Assembly: GCF_036321535.1 (NCBI RefSeq) | Contig: NC_087447.1 | Span: 35,776,001-35,840,000, forward strand | Direction: 5' to 3' | From: Camelus dromedarius | Lineage: Eukaryota | Length of the DNA: 64,000 nt | Part shown: positions 59,501 through 64,000 of the stretch, piece after piece | Layout of the letters: each line of letters begins with the position of its first letter | Numbering within the stretch: the first letter of the stretch is position 1 | Translations under genes and position numbers: made by a program | Notes under the pieces: generated by a model | The model's database searches: none | What the model was told of the DNA's origin: nothing | The model's input: the letters and a program-made list of their open reading frames with translations, nothing else

Positions 59501-62500
59501 TAATTAGCAGGACACAAGTCTCTTAAAAAGATGGAGGATAATAAAACAAGAGTCAAATAAACCCAGTACTTTCTCGAATGCATGCTGTGAAGGCCTGGGC
59601 CGAAGTGGAGCTAGATCCATTCATCCCGCCAACATTTATGGATGGTCCACTCTCTCCCAGCTTCTGAGAACAAAGAATTTGTATTTATCTAGTCTTACTT
59701 AGTTTTATTTAACAGACACTTAGAACTTGGTGCTTTCCAGGCATTGTTCTAAGTATTTACCAATTATTAACTTAGTGAATAATAAAAAAAAAAAAACAAA
59801 TTTCAATCCCTCATAGAAGGATGAAATCCTATGAGATAACTTTATCCCCATTTTACAGATGAGGAAACTGAAGCACAGAGAGGTACAGACCCCAATGGGG
59901 AAAGGCCTGTGGCCTCGCCCTCCACATTCCCCCAGGCCTGTGTTGAGGCCACATATGGATTAGTAGGGAGACAGGTAGGTGAAGAAAGAAAGTCCGGCAC
60001 AGCTCAATGGGTCCCATAGCAGAGGTGGGAACAAAGTGCTGTCATGTGCACAGAGAATGACAGGACAGGCTTTGTGAGGGAGCCTGAGGAAATGCTTGAC
60101 CTAGGAGAGCTGGCATTTGAGGAGACTTAAAGGTGGAGGAAGAGCTCACAGAGAAGAAGTACTGCTGGTACCACCAGTACCAACAGCTAATGTTCCACAC
60201 CAGCCAGGGGCGCAGCAGGAAGCAGGGGGCTCATCCAAATGGGAAACAAGGGTTTCATGAAGGGACTGCCTACAAGGAGGGGCAGGGATGGGTGAACTGA
60301 CAAGGTATGGTAACACAGCCTGAGGGGGACAGCAGCAGGAAGCCATGGGGTCCTAAGGGGCAGGGGGAGGGGGTTCCCAGAACCAGGGAGAGCCAGGCTG
60401 CTGAGAGACACCAGTCAGACGCGGCAGTCTCAGGTGAGGGCACCTGCCCCACGGTGGTCCAGCACTGAGGGAGCTGGGCAATCAGAACCCCATTCCCTTT
60501 CTCCTCAGGCCCTCTCACCACCCCACTGGCTGCACACAGCAGGAAGCAGAGGGCAGGGAGCCCAGGCAAAGCTTCCTGGGACACAAAACTGGACAGAGAA
60601 GGCTAGGTTTGGGGTCTGGAGGCAAAAAGGAAGAGATCTAGCACACATTTTAGAGCCCTTGAAATTTCGGTGCCCTGGGCACTATTCTAAGTACTTTACA
60701 GACGTTCACTCATTTGATCCCCACCACGGCCCGGGGAGGGCAGATGTCACCCAGCGGAACAACATGCATTATTTAATTTGCTTCTTGCTCTCTTTCTCTG
60801 TCTTTGGCTGAGTGCAGGCATGGAGTTGAATTTGCACGAGCTGAAGGTTTATGAGCTTCCCCTGTGCTGCTGTCTTGTGGGCCAGTCCATGGGAGGAAGG
60901 TAGGGAGATGAGGCTGGACAAGACCCAAAGCCAAAGCCTGAATTTGCCTCCAGTGCCCCACACGAGAGGCCTGAACCTTGTGAGGTGGAGAGGTGTGTCC
61001 CTCTCACCCAGAGAAGCCCACAGCAGAGCACAGAGAATGCTGATGCAGGGATGCGGGAATCGATGTGGTAAAGAGACCCCACCACACACAGTTATTTACA
61101 GATGGGTGGGCTCCTTAGGGTTTCTGTGCCTGTCATGAAGAGGGATCCAAGAAAAGGAAAAGCTTTCTAAATCTAGCTGGAGAAAGAAGACATGCTATCT
61201 TGCACACAATTGGTGTACAATAAATGTGTATTAGACAAATGCAAACAAGGAAGTTCATGAGGTAGTTTGGAAAAAGAAAAAAACGTAGGGATTTTGGAGC
61301 CAGGCATAGGGTGGAGTCTCTTCTCTGCCACTTCTCTGAGCCTTGATTTCCTCATCTGTCAAATGGGGATAATAACATCCATCCCCCTCAGAGGGTTGTT
61401 GGGAGGTTAAGGATCATACAAGCAGAGTTCTTCAGACATGGTGGACAGTATGTAAGCCAAGTCTGGCCTGAATGAGGGAGCCAGGAAAAAAGGGCCTCAG
61501 GCTGGGAGGTCAATGAGGAGGCTCTGGGCTGGGCATGGTCAGGAAAGACTCTGCAAGAGGGGCTTGGATTCCCCTTAAATGAGGGCAAGGATCAAATGGG
61601 AGAAGGCAGGGAAGACCATCTTGTGTGGGTCTGGGACTGGAACTGAGCTAAGAGGAGACAGATCCAGGAGGCTGTGTACTAAGGAGTGATGGGAAAGTGA
61701 CTCAGGATTGGGCCCAGAGGATGGAAGGAAGGCTCTAGACTAAGGCAGCTGGAGTTCATTCATCATTTGGCAGGCAGCACTGAGCACTGTGCACGTGTGC
61801 ATGGCATGGCAACGACCAAACACCTGCTGTGTGCCAGGTGTGTTACAGGTACCTGGGCACAAGACTTTGGTACAAAGTGCCCTAGGGCAGGGCTCCCAGA
61901 AGCTGATCCTTGGGGTGGTGCTGGGCAGACCCTCCTGGGGAGTTTGTTTCAACCAAGATTCCAGAAGGAGGGGACACCCTATAAGTTTTAAAAATATTTA
62001 AAAAGTGAAAATTGAATTACAGCGATGTTACTGCACGTTCAGGCTCCCAGAGAAAGTTCCATCCCTCCCAACTGTTTTCCTTGGGGCCTTTAAACCTAAG
62101 GAGTGAGGTGTGAGTTTGTGTTTCCACTCGGGTGTGGTCAAAGAACAAAACAGAGCTGTTATCCCTGAGTCTCTTCAGAGACACTCCCGGATGGGGCGTG
62201 GTCAGGTCACAAGACTACCAGCATTTTGATTTATCATTTAGATTTGTATTTAAAGAGCATTCTACATAAATCGGACATGTTTTCCCAGATGTTATGGTAT
62301 GTGGATAATTTTTCAGGAGGATGAGTTCAGTTTATGGGGGTAGATGGGACATTCTGAGTGAGGATGGGGAGGTTCCAGTGTGTTGGAGGAAGGGTCTGTT
62401 CAGCTGCAGCCTGAGTCCCACTTAGGAAATGATGGACATGACCCTGGAAGAGCGGGTAAGGGCAGAACTGAAAACCAGGATTGGAGTGACCTAACTGGTG

Positions 62501-64000
62501 AGAGTGGGTGGATATCAGGGTAAAGAGCTGAACTTTGTGGGCTGCCTTAGAAGGAGGACTGGTAGGATGTGGTTTCTGAGTGGGGGCTCTGGATGCCATG
62601 ATCAGCATTGGACAGCTGCCCACAAGGACCAGGAGCCCGGGACCCCCGGAAACAGGCTCTTTCCACAAACAGCATCTCCAGGTGATCTGTGCCTGACCCA
62701 GGAAGGCAGAAAAGCAGAATCCTAGGTTCTAACATTGGAAATTGCCTTCCACTCCCACTTTCCACCCAGTGCTGTCTACCGAGGACACTGCCTCACTTCT
62801 TACATTTAATAATGCAACAAGAGGCATTTCTGCAAGGAGGGGTGCGAGAGAGCTTCAGTCTTACGGCCTCAGCCAATAAGAGATTCTCTCTCCTATTCTT
62901 TGTCTTGTGTCACCCCCCGCCCCCACGGCTGGAATTGGGCTAGAAGCCCTTTGGTCAGTGTGTCCTCACTGCAACCAGAGCAGATGAGGTTTTTATGCTT
63001 CCAGAGAGCAGAACATCTGCGGCTCCAAGAGTCATCCCAAAGATGTTCTTTTCCCTTGCTCATTATGGACCAAGCCAACAGTGCAGCGGTGAGAGATGGA
63101 GATTAGAGATACAGGAGATCATCTTGCAAGCAAAGGGTTTGAAATTTTGGCTCAAAGAGGCCTTGGAGTTTTTTTCCCTGAAAGGCCTGACTTGGGTGGA
63201 GACCAGAAATCTGCACTCTGTACCCACTGCTCAGGCCAGAAATCTCCAGGGCGGCTGGGCCCACTATGTCCTCTCTGTATTGGGAGGGACAAAGTTCCAG
63301 CCTTCTAGAACCCTTAAGACACCCACAGAAAGAAGCAAAGTTGCTCCGGCCCTCCTCTGAGGACTGATCAGGTGGGAACTTGCAGCTTCCAGCAGCGGCT
63401 TCTCCCTTTGTGGGCTGAGGACCATGCTGTTGGGCCTGGGGGCTGGAAGAAGGCAGGGCCCTAGAATCCCTTGAGTCTCCACCCTGCCCTCTCACTCAGT
63501 CTTGGGCTAAAGAGAGAGCTAAGGATGTAATGCATAGAGATTCACACTGAGCTGCTCTAGGGGTGGAATTCAGGGCTTCTGGCCCACCAGCTCCCCTGGG
63601 ATTGAGGTGCTACTGAAACAGCTCTTGACCCCGACCCTGGACTCCCAGCCATTGACGTCAGTGAAGTTGAAATAATGTAACCTGATTCTCCCCCTGGTGT
63701 TGGGGTGGGAGAGAGACATACAGGGACCTGGGGAGGGGAAGGAGTGGCCAGAAGTCAGGGCCAGCCCAGGACTGGACAGGGAAGAATTCAGTGGTAGGGT
63801 GCGTGGCGGGTAGGATGTGCTATCTGAACGAATGGCCTAAATCCTTTCTGAAAGCAGTTATCCGGCACTACAGCCACCATCAGATAAGACAATGGGCTTC
63901 TTCCAGACCGGGCAGCCAACATTAGTGCAGCCACCTGGACGTAATGGCATAGCCATGGAGGTGATCCACAGCAAGGCTGCATCGCTGTCACGTGGTGGTC

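Noticed and set aside
1..64000. CRISPR arrays, operons or another novel multi-gene system
   Set aside because: Intron-rich mammalian locus; no repeat-spacer structure, and the coding signal I found is explained by OTOG, USH1C and transposon fossils.

Overview
Mammalian genomic DNA, probably from a camelid (alpaca, llama or camel), judged from two tRNA-Ala-derived vic-1-like SINEs and a cetartiodactyl-type L1 3' end. Most of the window (4034-52607, minus strand) is the 5' half of OTOG (otogelin). I reconstructed 32 coding exons by hand. All have GT-AG boundaries and splice into one open frame of 3880 nt (about 1293 codons) encoding the signal peptide, an EGF-like domain, three VWD/C8(/TIL) assemblies and the start of the AbfB-like domain. 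The gene continues off the left edge. About 3 kb away and head-to-head is coding exon 1 of USH1C (harmonin, MDRKVAREFRHK, 55615-55650, plus strand); I did not find exon 2 in the window. The rest is intronic or intergenic: L1, L2, MIR, MLT1, hAT and Tigger fossils, a solo ERV-type LTR and microsatellites. Almost all ORFs in the supplied track are spurious. I found no convincing new biological system. The best leads are a tRNA-SINE/L1 chimeric retroposon bounded by a single TSD, a solo LTR inside the OTOG-USH1C intergenic promoter region, a promoter-like CpG element at OTOG exon 17, a consensus CTCF site, an in-frame alternative donor in OTOG exon 1, a long GAAA tract in intron 1 and a possible extra cysteine in VWD1. 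Repeat family names and human comparisons come from recalled sequences, not from database searches.
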